Positions 1 to 9,759 of a stretch of DNA of 64,000 nucleotides are shown piece after piece. Every line of letters begins with the position of its first letter. Position 1 is the stretch's first letter. Source of the DNA: Parcubacteria group bacterium Gr01-1014_30 (GTDB lineage Bacteria > Patescibacteriota > Minisyncoccia > Minisyncoccales > 2-12-FULL-40-12); contig VMFS01000003.1 of NCBI GenBank assembly GCA_007376185.1, forward strand, positions 25,983 through 89,982, given 5' to 3'. A program made the translations under genes and the position numbers. Below the pieces are notes generated by a model that was not told the DNA's origin, did not search any database, and saw nothing but the letters and a program-made list of their open reading frames with translations.

Positions 1-2145
1 TATTTCCCATTTGTTTCGGGCAGGGTTTATCTTTTCAGATTATTGGTGGTTTTGGCTTTTTTCTTCTGGATATGGCATCTGACAAAAGTTACAAGTTACA
101 AGTTACAAGTTACAAGAAGTATACTGGTTGTCGCTTTGATTCTGTTCTTTCTGGCGCAGATTTTGGTTTCTTTTTTTGGGGTTGACCCTCTTTTTTCTTT
201 TTTCTCTTCCATATCAAGGTCTGACGGCGTTTTTCAGTATGGTTTTTGGATTTTATATCTTTTGATGCTGATTTTTGTGTTCAAAGAAGACAAGGACTGG
301 AAAATTCTTTTTTCCGTTTTTACAGTTGTCGCCTTTATTATGTCTCTTTTTGCCTGGCTGGGGTTTCCGCCAGAGCAAGAAATATACGGCAACCTTTTCG
401 GCAACCCAGCTTATTTTTCCGGATTTTTGATCTTTGCCATAGGTTTTTCTTTACTGACTTTCGAGAGGAAGTTTTTCAGTAACCCTCTTTTGAACAATTT
501 ATTTTTGGTCCTGTCTGTCTTTTTTGCCGTTACCTTGGTTTTTACTAAAATTAGGGGAGCTTTTATTGGTCTGGCCGGCGGAATTTTTCTTTTTTGCGCT
601 TTGTCAGCCGTATTTTTAAGAAGGGAGAGAGAAAACAGAAAATTAGCTCTTTTTTGCGGAATTGCTTTATTGGCAGGAGTTGTTTCCCTGCTACTTCTTT
701 TTTCTGCCAGAGAAACAGAGTTTGTTAAAAATAATGTTTATTTATCCCGCGTAGCAAGCATTGCCGAGTTTCGTGCCGCAGATTCTCCCATAGAGCGTTT
801 TTTGGTGTGGAACGTTGCGTTAAAGGCCTTTTTGGAAAAACCTCTGCTGGGCTGGGGTCCTGAAAACTTTGCTTCAGCTTTCAATAAATACTACGACCTG
901 CGAGTAGGCGAGCGAGAAACCTGGTTTGACAGGGCGCACAACGTTCCTCTAGACATTTTGGCAACAGGAGGAGTTTTCCTTTTTGCCTTTTACCTATTTT
1001 GGATTTTCGCCGTCCTTTTTTTGATTCTCAAGATAGCTTCAAAAGTAAAGATTCTGTCTTTTATTTTGGGTTCGGTATTTTTTGCCTATTTTCTGCAAGG
1101 GCTTTTCTTTTTTGACACTTTTGCCAACTCTCTGGGCCTTTTCCCGTTCTTGGCATATCTTGTGTACTTAAATCCGAAATCCGAAACTCTAAATCCTAAA
1201 CAAATTCAAAATTCAAAATTCAAAATTCAAAATTTTATTTTAGTTGTTGCGGCGGTTTTTTCTGCTTTTCTAATTTACGCAACAGTTATAATGCCTTGGA
1301 AAGCCAATGCCGCGGCGCTGAATTTTTACACTCACACCGAGGCAGAGCTCTATAAAGAATCTAAGCCCTTTTTGAAAAAGGCATTTGTCATAAAGTCGCC
1401 CTACACGTATTGGGAAGTGAGAAGAGAGTTGGCTTGGCAGTTCTTGAGAATTTTGGAAGATAGGGTCAAAGAGGGAATGCCGTCTGAAGACCTTCAGGCA
1501 ATAAAGGAAACTTATGATTTAATAACTCCGGAACTTGAAAGGTTTATTATAGCGAAACCACAGGAGCCCCAGATGTATTATGTTTTGGGGAGAATTTATC
1601 TGGCAGGTTTTGAAAAGTTACATAGAGATGACCTTGGCAAGGCAGAGACAATCCTTAAAAAGGCGCTTAACTATTCTGATTTAAGACAGGAATATTTTCA
1701 GGAACTAAAGCGGGCTTTAGTTTTGCAGGGCAAGTTTGACGAAGCCGAAATTTTATTACAAGGATATGTTCAAAGAGTGGATTTTTACGATTACTACCCT
1801 TTCTTGACTATGGGGCATTTTTACTTTGACGTTGAAAGATACCAGCAGGCACAGGAACAGTATGAGAAGGCAAGAGAAGTTGGCTACGATTTTTGCCGAG
1901 TTGGAGCCGAGTACAGTCGTTATATGTTTTCAGCGGAGCAGGCGGGAAATTACCAAAAAGTCGTTGAAATGGGGCAGGAATGTTTGCAAAAAAGGGGACC
2001 TGACGCAGCCACTTACTTTAACGTTGCCGTAGGTTTCTTTCATCTAGGAGAAAAAGAAAAAGCAAGGGAGTTTTTCTTGAAGGCATTTGAACTGGATCCC
2101 AAAGAGTACGAGCAGTATCGTGAAATCTTTGCCCCCACACCATAA
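1..2145 (+). CDS. O-antigen ligase (Wzy_C)-family membrane protein with C-terminal TPRs; 5' end lies outside the window
   Basis: Frame open from base 1 (YFPFVSGRVYLFRLL, matching the paralog at 48290); many TM segments; GWGPENF and FDRAHN motifs; TPR-like C-terminus. Confidence 0.85.
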   Translation, partial: YFPFVSGRVYLFRLLVVLAFFFWIWHLTKVTSYKLQVTRSILVVALILFFLAQILVSFFGVDPLFSFFSSISRSDGVFQYGFWILYLLMLIFVFKEDKDWKILFSVFTVVAFIMSLFAWLGFPPEQEIYGNLFGNPAYFSGFLIFAIGFSLLTFERKFFSNPLLNNLFLVLSVFFAVTLVFTKIRGAFIGLAGGIFLFCALSAVFLRRERENRKLALFCGIALLAGVVSLLLLFSARETEFVKNNVYLSRVASIAEFRAADSPIERFLVWNVALKAFLEKPLLGWGPENFASAFNKYYDLRVGERETWFDRAHNVPLDILATGGVFLFAFYLFWIFAVLFLILKIASKVKILSFILGSVFFAYFLQGLFFFDTFANSLGLFPFLAYLVYLNPKSETLNPKQIQNSKFKIQNFILVVAAVFSAFLIYATVIMPWKANAAALNFYTHTEAELYKESKPFLKKAFVIKSPYTYWEVRRELAWQFLRILEDRVKEGMPSEDLQAIKETYDLITPELERFIIAKPQEPQMYYVLGRIYLAGFEKLHRDDLGKAETILKKALNYSDLRQEYFQELKRALVLQGKFDEAEILLQGYVQRVDFYDYYPFLTMGHFYFDVERYQQAQEQYEKAREVGYDFCRVGAEYSRYMFSAEQAGNYQKVVEMGQECLQKRGPDAATYFNVAVGFFHLGEKEKAREFFLKAFELDPKEYEQYREIFAPTP
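86..116 (+). repeat. AAGTTAC heptamer microsatellite (4 copies plus partial) inside CDS
   Basis: Direct reading; encodes VTSYKLQVT. Confidence 0.9.
1170..1234 (+). repeat. Degenerate heptamer array (AAATCCG/AAATTCA) inside CDS
   Basis: AAATCCG x2, AAACTCT, AAATCCT, AAATTCA x4; encodes NPKSETLNPKQIQNSKFKIQN. Confidence 0.85.
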
Positions 2146-2207
2146 CGAGCAGATACGCCACTAGGGTGGCGTAAACGGCAAAGCCGCTGCTCGTTTGGTG
2201 TGGGGGT
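2131..2207. repeat. Three-way-junction palindromic element (CCCCCACACCA...TGGTGTGGGGG) containing the upstream stop codon
   Basis: Outer stem CCCCCACACCA-AACGAGCAG / CTGCTCGTT-TGGTGTGGGGG; inner hairpins TACGCCAC/GTGGCGTA and CGGC/GCCG; TTTG repeated at both ends. Confidence 0.85.
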
Positions 2208-2245
2208 TTGTTGAGTAGAAAAGCAGTTTGTTGTATATATAAATT

Positions 2246-3943
2246 ATGTTGGCCAAAACAGCCAAACTTGTATACTTTTTTGCAGTTTCAGCTTTTCTAT
2301 TGCTGCCGGTTTTTGGTTTTGCGCAAACGGTTTCTTTTAACGTTGACCCTGCCTACGATTTGTTGAGCAGGACGCAAATTGAAGCTGAACTCGTCAGGAC
2401 AACGCAAAATCTGTATTTCTACATTGAAAAGAGTTGGTGGAACAACCTCGCGTCTCAAGAACAGAATAACATAAGGATAGTTCTCTTTGAGTTGGGTGAA
2501 GAATTTACGGGGAGAATATATCCTGTTTTGACGACAACCTTTGGGCAAGAACCCAAGCCGGGAATTGACCGAGACGAGAAAATAACGATTTTAATACACC
2601 AAATGCGTCAAGACGCCGGCGGTTACTTTAATTCTGGCGATGCCTATTCGCGCCTTCAAGCGCCAAGGTCCAACGAAAGAGAAATGGTTTATTTGTCAGC
2701 CAACCGTGTTACCAGCCCCAACTTGAAAAGTTTTCTAGCTCACGAATTTGTCCATTTGATCACAATTAACCAAAAGGATTTGCTCCGCAGGGTAACTGAA
2801 GAAATATGGCTGAATGAAGCCAGAGCCGAGCTGGCTCCCACGTTGCTTGGTTATGACGAAATTTTCCAGGGGAGCAACCTTGAAGCAAGGATGATAGCTT
2901 TTTTGGAGAAACCTACTTTGTCTTTAACCGAATGGCTAAATTTAAAATATGACTACGGCGCCGTAAACTTATTTGCCCAGTACATAGTTGACCATTACGG
3001 CACCAAAATCTTGGTTGACTCTCTTCAATCTTCCAAAATCGGCATTGCTTCCTTGGAAGAGGCATTGTTGCGCCAGGGCGTATCAAAGACGTTTGCTCAA
3101 CTTTTTTCGGACTGGGCGATAACTCTCTTGCTTAACGATTGTTCTGTGGGTCAGAGATATTGTTATCTGAATCAGCATTTAAAAAACTTGAAAATTGTGC
3201 CAACCATTTATTTTCTCCCGAGGACGGAAACAACAATATCAACCGTTCACGGGAGCACCTTTTGGTCTTTGAACTGGCATAGGCTTGTGGGAGGGGAAGG
3301 TCAACTCTCTTTGGAATTTGAAGGCAACAGCGCAGTTTCATTTGAAGTTCCTTTGGCTCTCTGCGACAGACAAAACCTTTGTTCCATAACATTCTTGGCT
3401 TTGGACTCTCAAGAAAAGGGCCGGCTCCAGCTCGCTGACTTTAGCCAAAAATACAATTCTCTTACCATACTTCCTTTCGTTAAAAGCAAGACCGAAGGGT
3501 TTGACGGCGAGCAGAGAAGTTTTTCTTTTTCTTGGAAAACCAGCGTCGGGCAAGGAGCCCAGACAGAAGCAGAATTGAGAAACCAGCTTCTCTCGAGAGT
3601 CGCCCAACTCCGGGCGCAGCTTGCACAACTACAAGCTCAGTTATCGGCGCTCTTTAACGGCCAGCCCTTACCTGGCGCAGTTTCTTGTACTCAGCTTAAC
3701 AACAACTTATACTTTGGCGTAAGAAACAGCCAGGAAGTTCGTTGTCTTCAGGAATTCTTAAAAACTGAAGGCGTTTATCCGGAAGGCCTGGTTACGGGTA
3801 ACTTTCTTTCTTTGACGAGGACTGCTGTAATTCGCTTTCAAGAGAAATACGCTTCGGAAATTTTAACTCCGTTTGGTCTGCAACAGGGAACTGGATATGT
3901 AGGGCAGGCAACTAGAGCAAAGCTAAACCAGTTGCTTCAGTAA
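2246..3943 (+). CDS. Exported HEXXH metallopeptidase-like protein with coiled coil and C-terminal peptidoglycan-binding domain
   Basis: Signal peptide; LAHEFVHLI and WLNEA; C-terminal EVRCLQEFL...TGNF...TRTAVIRFQ...GYVGQATRAKLN. Confidence 0.75.
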   Translation: MLAKTAKLVYFFAVSAFLLLPVFGFAQTVSFNVDPAYDLLSRTQIEAELVRTTQNLYFYIEKSWWNNLASQEQNNIRIVLFELGEEFTGRIYPVLTTTFGQEPKPGIDRDEKITILIHQMRQDAGGYFNSGDAYSRLQAPRSNEREMVYLSANRVTSPNLKSFLAHEFVHLITINQKDLLRRVTEEIWLNEARAELAPTLLGYDEIFQGSNLEARMIAFLEKPTLSLTEWLNLKYDYGAVNLFAQYIVDHYGTKILVDSLQSSKIGIASLEEALLRQGVSKTFAQLFSDWAITLLLNDCSVGQRYCYLNQHLKNLKIVPTIYFLPRTETTISTVHGSTFWSLNWHRLVGGEGQLSLEFEGNSAVSFEVPLALCDRQNLCSITFLALDSQEKGRLQLADFSQKYNSLTILPFVKSKTEGFDGEQRSFSFSWKTSVGQGAQTEAELRNQLLSRVAQLRAQLAQLQAQLSALFNGQPLPGAVSCTQLNNNLYFGVRNSQEVRCLQEFLKTEGVYPEGLVTGNFLSLTRTAVIRFQEKYASEILTPFGLQQGTGYVGQATRAKLNQLLQ

Positions 3944-3950
3944 CCGTGAG

Positions 3951-4071
3951 GAATCTGGAATCTTGAATTTAGAGTCTTGAACGAGAATACAGCATAAAAG
4001 AATAAAGGATCTTCTTGTATTCTATATTCTAAATTCCAATTCTAGATTCAAGATTCTGTATTCTCCATTCT
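3951..4071. repeat. Intergenic degenerate heptamer arrays in inverted orientation
   Basis: GAATCTG/GAATCTT/GAATTTA units followed by TATTCTA/AATTCCA/GATTCAA/GATTCTG units. Confidence 0.65.
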
Positions 4072-4089
4072 GGCACTATTTGACCCCTC

Positions 4090-4118
4090 TTGACATCATC
4101 TGATGGTTGCTTTATTAT
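4090..4118 (+). promoter_or_regulatory. sigma70 promoter with a palindrome in the spacer
   Basis: TTGACA(4090)-N17-TATTAT(4113); CATCA-TC-TGATG at 4094-4105; ATG at 4126 lies 7 nt after the -10. Confidence 0.7.
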
Positions 4119-4125
4119 TAAAGGT

Positions 4126-4374
4126 ATGGATGGCATAAACCCAAAAGAGGTCTACACAACCAAAGAAACACAGGATTTTTTGAAGATAAGCTCCTCTACG
4201 ATGAAGAGGATGATAAAAAACGGGATTATCAAGGCCTACAGGGTAGGCGGGACTTATCGCATTTGGGGCTCTGAGATTTTAAAACTTATTTCTCCGGAAG
4301 TTGAAACAAAGGTCTACAGACGGTTTTACAAGCCCATAAAAGAAAAAGTAAGCAAAGTTATTGAAAAATGGTAG
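4126..4374 (+). CDS. Excisionase-type (HTH_17) DNA-binding protein
   Basis: YTTKETQDFLKISSSTMKRMIKNGIIKAYRVGGTYRI pattern. Confidence 0.8.
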   Translation: MDGINPKEVYTTKETQDFLKISSSTMKRMIKNGIIKAYRVGGTYRIWGSEILKLISPEVETKVYRRFYKPIKEKVSKVIEKW

Positions 4375-4832
4375 GCAACAACAAACGCCAAAAGAAAATA
4401 GTTGTGGCGGTTTCTGGCGGTTTTGACCCGGTTCATGCCGGCCACATACAGCTGTTTGAAGAAGCAAAGAAGCTGGGTTCGGAGTTGGTCGTTATTCTAA
4501 ACAACGACAACTGGTTAAGGAAAAAGAAAGGGTACGTTTTTATAAACCAAGACGAGCGCAAAAAAATAGTTGAATCAGTAAAGTGGGTTGACAGAGTTGT
4601 GATTTCAGAGCACGCAGAGGGAGATGAAGACAAAAGCATAAACGGAGAACTTAAGAAAGTGCGTCCCGACATCTTTGCCAACGGCGGCGACAGAACCAAA
4701 GATAACATTCCGGAAGTGGCGGTTTGCAATGAAATAAATTGTAAGATGGTTTTCAACGTGGGCAGAGACGGGAAAGTGCAGTCAAGCTCGTGGCTGTTAA
4801 AAAAGTTTTTGGAAAATGTCAAAGAAGCCTAA
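4368..4832 (+). CDS. Cytidylyltransferase-like (TagD/RfaE-II/FAD-synthetase-type) nucleotidyltransferase
   Basis: SGGFDPVHAGH (HxGH motif), ANGGDR, QSSS. Confidence 0.85.
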   Translation: MVGNNKRQKKIVVAVSGGFDPVHAGHIQLFEEAKKLGSELVVILNNDNWLRKKKGYVFINQDERKKIVESVKWVDRVVISEHAEGDEDKSINGELKKVRPDIFANGGDRTKDNIPEVAVCNEINCKMVFNVGRDGKVQSSSWLLKKFLENVKEA

Positions 4833-5559
4833 TAATAAAATTGGGATACTAGGTTATGGAGAAGTGGGGCGGGCGATTGCAAAGTTTTATAAAAATCCAA
4901 AAATCAAAGATCTAAATAGAAATGATGATTTGCAGGGAGTTGAGATTTTGCACATATGTATTCCCTGGAGCAAGAGGTTTGTTGAGATTGTTAAAAAAGA
5001 AATCAAAAAAATAAAGCCGCGCCTGACGATAATCCACTCCACGGTTGCGCCGGGGACCACTAAGAAAATCGGTGGCAGGATAGTTCACAGTCCGGTAAGA
5101 GGAGTGCACCCCAACTTATACGAGGGAATCAAGACATTCGTTAAATACATCGGAGCCGACAGCAAGAAAGCAGGTCTTGTGGCAAAGAAACACTTTGAAA
5201 GTTTGGGAATTAAAGCAAAAGTATTCTATCCTTCAGCAACAGCGGAACTTGGAAAGTTACTTGACACAACTTATTACGGCTTGGTTATTGCCTGGTATGG
5301 AGAAATGAAAAAATTGTGCGATAAATACGGCGTTAATTTTGACAACGCCGTAACAGATTTTAATAAAACCTACAACGAAGGGTATGCGAAATTGGGCAGA
5401 AAGAACGTGATAAGGCCAGTTCTTTTTCCGCCAAAAGGCGGAATAAAAGGACATTGTGTTGTGCAAAATACTGAGATCCTCAAAAAATATTTCAATAGCA
5501 AGGCATTAGATTTAATTTTAGAATACAGGCCCAACAAACAACATGGAACAAAAAACTGA
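4816..5559 (+). CDS. Short UDP-glucose/GDP-mannose dehydrogenase-family protein
   Basis: GYGEVG Rossmann motif; IIHSTVAPGTT; AELGKL; GIKGHCV. Confidence 0.7.
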   Translation: MSKKPNNKIGILGYGEVGRAIAKFYKNPKIKDLNRNDDLQGVEILHICIPWSKRFVEIVKKEIKKIKPRLTIIHSTVAPGTTKKIGGRIVHSPVRGVHPNLYEGIKTFVKYIGADSKKAGLVAKKHFESLGIKAKVFYPSATAELGKLLDTTYYGLVIAWYGEMKKLCDKYGVNFDNAVTDFNKTYNEGYAKLGRKNVIRPVLFPPKGGIKGHCVVQNTEILKKYFNSKALDLILEYRPNKQHGTKN

Positions 5560-6511
5560 AAAAATCCTAGTTACTGGTGCGGGGGGATTCATAGGGCATC
5601 ACCTTGTTCGCTATCTTAAGCGAAAAGGTTATTGGGTAAGAGGAGCGGACATTAAGTATCCCGAGTTTTCTCCGCGCGATGAAGCTGACGAATTTTTGCT
5701 TTTGGACTTGCGGGACTTTCGTAACTGTTTGGAAGCCGTAAAAGGAATGGACAAAGTTTATCAGTTGGCAGCCGACATGGGCGGTATAGGATTTATTACC
5801 AGGGTCAAAGCCGACGTGGTTAGAAACAATATTCTTATCAATACGAATATGGCTGAGGCCTCAATGTTCGCCGGCATCAAAAGGCTGTTTTTCAGCAGTT
5901 CAGCATGCATTTATCCGGCTTATAAGCAGAGAGACCCCAAGGTTGCTCCTTTGAAAGAAAGCGACGCTTATCCTGCCGAGTGCGAAGATGGTTATGGTTG
6001 GGAAAAACTGATTTCAGAAAGAATGTACACTAACTTTTACGAAGACCACGGTTTGGACGTTAGAATAGCTCGTTATCACAATATTTTTGGACCGGAAGGG
6101 ACTTATCAAGGCGGCAGGGAGAAAGCGCCCTCGGCCCTCTCCAGGAAAGTAGCTCAGGCCAAAAATCCCGGAGAAATTGAAATATGGGGAGACGGAAAAC
6201 AGACAAGGTCGTTTTTATATGTTGACGATTGCGTGGAAGGCAGCTGGAGATTAGTGGAATCTGATTTCAGAGAACCTTTAAACATTGGTTCAGACCGACT
6301 TGTGACGATTGACGAGCTCGCCGATATGATAATTAAAACTTCAGGGAAAGGGATTGTTAAAAGGTACAACCTTTCAGCTCCTCAAGGGGTAAGAGGCAGA
6401 AATTCCGATAACACTTTATGCAAGAAAATCCTTGGCTGGGAACCAAAGATTCCGTTGGAAGAGGGGATTGAGAAAACTTATAAATGGGTTGAAAAAGTAG
6501 CATGCCAATAA
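5543..6511 (+). CDS. NAD-dependent epimerase, GDP-mannose 3,5-epimerase-like
   Basis: GAGGFIG; LAADMGGIGF; SSSACIYP; YGWEK; GGREKAP; GVRGRNSDN. Confidence 0.85.
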   Translation: MEQKTEKILVTGAGGFIGHHLVRYLKRKGYWVRGADIKYPEFSPRDEADEFLLLDLRDFRNCLEAVKGMDKVYQLAADMGGIGFITRVKADVVRNNILINTNMAEASMFAGIKRLFFSSSACIYPAYKQRDPKVAPLKESDAYPAECEDGYGWEKLISERMYTNFYEDHGLDVRIARYHNIFGPEGTYQGGREKAPSALSRKVAQAKNPGEIEIWGDGKQTRSFLYVDDCVEGSWRLVESDFREPLNIGSDRLVTIDELADMIIKTSGKGIVKRYNLSAPQGVRGRNSDNTLCKKILGWEPKIPLEEGIEKTYKWVEKVACQ

Positions 6512-7977
6512 GCACCTTCAAAGATGTTAAATCGTTTTTGTTTGACAATCTAAGCACGAGACAAACGATCTTTAAAAACACTTTTTGGCTTGGCCTTGCC
6601 GAGGGCTTTGGCAAGCTCTCTAAACTGGTTTTACTTATTTATGTCGCCAAAATCTTGGGAGCGACTGAGTACGGAAAGTTCAGTTTTGCTTTGGCCTTTG
6701 TCGGTTTGTTCGGAGTTGTGGCGAGTTTGGGATTGTCAAGAATAGTTGTGAGAGAGTTGGCGAGCGGCCAAGAAAAGGAAAAAGAAATTTCCTCCCTACT
6801 GTTTTTAAGAATTCTTTTGAGTTTGGTGGCGCTGGCTTTAATTTTGTCTGGCTCTTTCTTTGTTACTCAAGAACCTTTAATTAGAAAAGTAATTTGGATT
6901 TTGGGCCTATACTTTTTACTGGACACCTTTGCTTCTTTCTTAAACTTTTTCTTTCAGGCGCGCCAGAAAATGGAGTACGAATCATGGACGAGGATACTGC
7001 GCGCGCTGGCGCTGACGGGTCTTGGACTTTTCGTGATTTTCAGCTTTCCTTCCTTGGTGAATTTGAGCTACGCTTATCTGGCTGCCAGCTTAATCGCCCT
7101 AATTTTGGTCTTGATTTTTTTTCACATTAAAGTTGCAGCTTTATCTTTAAGTTTTAATAAATCAATTTGGCGGGATTACTTGGCAATGTCTTGGCCCCTG
7201 GCTTTATCGGCATTTTTCGCGATGGTTTACGGCCAAATTGACTCCGTAATTATGGGGTACTTAAATCAACTGACCCAAACCGGCTGGTATAACGCGGCTT
7301 ACAGGGTTGTCGGAGGCGTTTTGATTCCAATAGGCTTGGTTTCCACCAGTTTTTACCCGGCTTTGAGCAGGGCTTTCAAAGAATCGCGGGAAAAATTGCA
7401 AAAGATTTGGAATTATCAGTCAGAACTTATGCTCTTTTTGGCTCTGCCTATGACGGTGGGCGGCATAATTTTGGCCCCAAAAATAATTGATTTTATTTAT
7501 GACCAAACGTACGTTTCTTCGGTTTTGGCGTTTCAAATTTTGATTGTTATGGCAGGCATTGCCTTTTTGCAAAGTCCTTTCAGCAGTATGCTGTTGATTT
7601 TTAACCAGCAAACAAAGTTTTTATGGTCGGGGTTGCTAGGGGCCGCAGTAAACATTGGGCTTAACCTGTTTTTGATTCCTCGTTACAGCTTATACGGAGC
7701 GGCTTTGGCGGCTGTAATTACCGCCGCGGTGGTATTATTTCTTTACGTCTGGTTGACTTTGCGTTTTACTTCGGCAAGAATTTTTAATTTAAGATTTTTG
7801 GGGACAGGACTTTTAGCCGCTCTCTCAACGCTGATAATGTATTTTGTCATTACAATTCCCGGAGTTTACAATCTTAACGTTGTTTTTTCAATAATCATCG
7901 GAGCCCTTATTTATTTTGCGGTATTTTTCGCCGCGAAGTTCACGCTGGGTTACACGAAACCGTTTTTTAGAATATGA
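6502..7977 (+). CDS. wzx: Polysaccharide flippase (Wzx family)
   Basis: About 14 TM segments; LGATEYGKFSFAL; GWYNAAYR. Confidence 0.85.
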   Translation: MPISTFKDVKSFLFDNLSTRQTIFKNTFWLGLAEGFGKLSKLVLLIYVAKILGATEYGKFSFALAFVGLFGVVASLGLSRIVVRELASGQEKEKEISSLLFLRILLSLVALALILSGSFFVTQEPLIRKVIWILGLYFLLDTFASFLNFFFQARQKMEYESWTRILRALALTGLGLFVIFSFPSLVNLSYAYLAASLIALILVLIFFHIKVAALSLSFNKSIWRDYLAMSWPLALSAFFAMVYGQIDSVIMGYLNQLTQTGWYNAAYRVVGGVLIPIGLVSTSFYPALSRAFKESREKLQKIWNYQSELMLFLALPMTVGGIILAPKIIDFIYDQTYVSSVLAFQILIVMAGIAFLQSPFSSMLLIFNQQTKFLWSGLLGAAVNIGLNLFLIPRYSLYGAALAAVITAAVVLFLYVWLTLRFTSARIFNLRFLGTGLLAALSTLIMYFVITIPGVYNLNVVFSIIIGALIYFAVFFAAKFTLGYTKPFFRI

Positions 7978-8780
7978 GCCAAGCAAGTCAACAAAAAATT
8001 GGCGTAGCTGGAGTGGGTTATGTGGGAGGAGCGGTAAAGCATTGGTTTGAAACTCAAGGCCTGCCTTTGTTTTTATATGACAAAGGCAAGGGCGTTGGCT
8101 CTCTTGAGGAATTGAATAAAGCAGAAGTCGTGTTTTTGTGCCTGCCTACGCCTTTTGATGAAAAGAGCGGATTCAGCGACTCGGCTATTTGGGAAGTACT
8201 GAAAGGTCTTGAAGGAGAGAAGGTTGTAGTTGTTAAATCCACTGTTCTGCCCGGCTCCACCGATAAGTACCAGGCAAGCTTTCCCCAGCATAAAATTTTG
8301 TTCAACCCCGAGTTTTTGACCGAGAAAAACGCAAATCAGGACTTCATCAATCCCAAAAGACAACTGGTCGGCTACACAAAAGAGAGCACGCAAGAAGCTG
8401 AAAAAGTTATGGCCTTTTTGCCCAAAGCTCACTTTCAAAGAATTATGGAAGCAAAGGCGGCTGAAATGGTTAAGTATTTTGGGAACTTATTTTTGGCTAA
8501 CAGAGTTATTTTCGCTAACCAAATGTATGATGTATGCGAGAAATTAGGTATTGATTATGACGCGGTCAAAGAAGCAGCAGGCGAGGATTCAAGAGTTGGC
8601 AATAGCCATTTCGACGTGTTTTCAGACGGTTATCGCGGATACTCAAGATCATGCCTGCCAAAGGACACCAAGGCCTTTATACAATTAGCCGAAAGTTTGG
8701 GTTTGAATCCAAGATTGCTTAAAACAATTGACGAGGTTAACGAAAGATTTATTTTTGGCGACAAAAACTATGAATGGTAA
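7974..8780 (+). CDS. UDP-glucose/GDP-mannose dehydrogenase-family protein (no C-terminal domain)
   Basis: GVGYVG; VKSTVLPG; FNPEFL; AEMVKY; CLPKD. Confidence 0.8.
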   Translation: MSQASQQKIGVAGVGYVGGAVKHWFETQGLPLFLYDKGKGVGSLEELNKAEVVFLCLPTPFDEKSGFSDSAIWEVLKGLEGEKVVVVKSTVLPGSTDKYQASFPQHKILFNPEFLTEKNANQDFINPKRQLVGYTKESTQEAEKVMAFLPKAHFQRIMEAKAAEMVKYFGNLFLANRVIFANQMYDVCEKLGIDYDAVKEAAGEDSRVGNSHFDVFSDGYRGYSRSCLPKDTKAFIQLAESLGLNPRLLKTIDEVNERFIFGDKNYEW

Positions 8781-9759
8781 AAAAAATGTTATACTTGTTA
8801 CCGGCGGAGCGGGGTTCATTGGTTCACATTTGTGCGAACGTCTTTTGCAAGAGGGTTATTTTGTGATTTGTCTTGATAACTTCAATACTTTTTACGACCC
8901 GCGCTTGAAAGAAGACAATATTGGCGGGATTAAATCACACTCTCAATTCGTTTTGGTAAGGGGCGATATTTTGGATGCCAGAACTTTAGAAAGCATATTT
9001 GCCAATCACAAAATTGACGAAATTGTACATTTGGCCGCGTTACCAGGAGTTAGAACTTCTTTTTCAGGATCTGGCAGTTACATTAACGTTAATCTGCGAG
9101 GCACTTTGAATTTGCTTAATATGGCAAAAGAGCATAATGTTTCCCAATTCATTTTTTGCTCATCTTCTTCTGTATATGGGAAAGACAGTCAAGTACCTTT
9201 TGTTGAAACAGAAAATAATTTAGTGCCGATTTCACCTTACGGCGTGAGCAAGCTTTCTGCTGAAATTTTGTGCAAAAGTTATCACAAACTTTACGACATC
9301 CCCGTTACGATTTTGCGCATATTTTCAGCTTTCGGGCCGCGGCAAAGGCCTGAATTAGCACTTCACCAGTTTGTCAGGGCGATGAAAAAAGGCCAAGTGA
9401 TTTCAATGTTGGGGGACGGCAGTTCCTCGCGTGATTTCACTTTCGTTGACGACATCGTGGAAGGCATTGTTTTAGCGTTGCAAAAGCGATTCTCTTTTGA
9501 AATTTTCAATCTGGGCAATTCAAAGACCATTCAGTTAAAAGAGCTCATTGATTTGCTGGGAGAGAAACTTGGGATTGAGCCCAAAGTTAAGCAGCTTGCC
9601 GGACACATTGGGGATTTGGATATTACTTATGCCAGTATTGATAAAGCCAAAGAACTTTTAGGTTGGAGCCCTAAAGTTTCTTTTGAAGAAGGTCTTGACA
9701 AGTTTTTGGCGTGGCACAAGGAAAAAGAAGAATTTTTGATTACGTTAAAATATGATTAA
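8770..9759 (+). CDS. NAD-dependent epimerase (UDP-glucuronate 4-epimerase-like)
   Basis: GGAGFIG; SSSSVYG; YGVSK; GPRQRP. Confidence 0.85.
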   Translation: MNGKKNVILVTGGAGFIGSHLCERLLQEGYFVICLDNFNTFYDPRLKEDNIGGIKSHSQFVLVRGDILDARTLESIFANHKIDEIVHLAALPGVRTSFSGSGSYINVNLRGTLNLLNMAKEHNVSQFIFCSSSSVYGKDSQVPFVETENNLVPISPYGVSKLSAEILCKSYHKLYDIPVTILRIFSAFGPRQRPELALHQFVRAMKKGQVISMLGDGSSSRDFTFVDDIVEGIVLALQKRFSFEIFNLGNSKTIQLKELIDLLGEKLGIEPKVKQLAGHIGDLDITYASIDKAKELLGWSPKVSFEEGLDKFLAWHKEKEEFLITLKYD

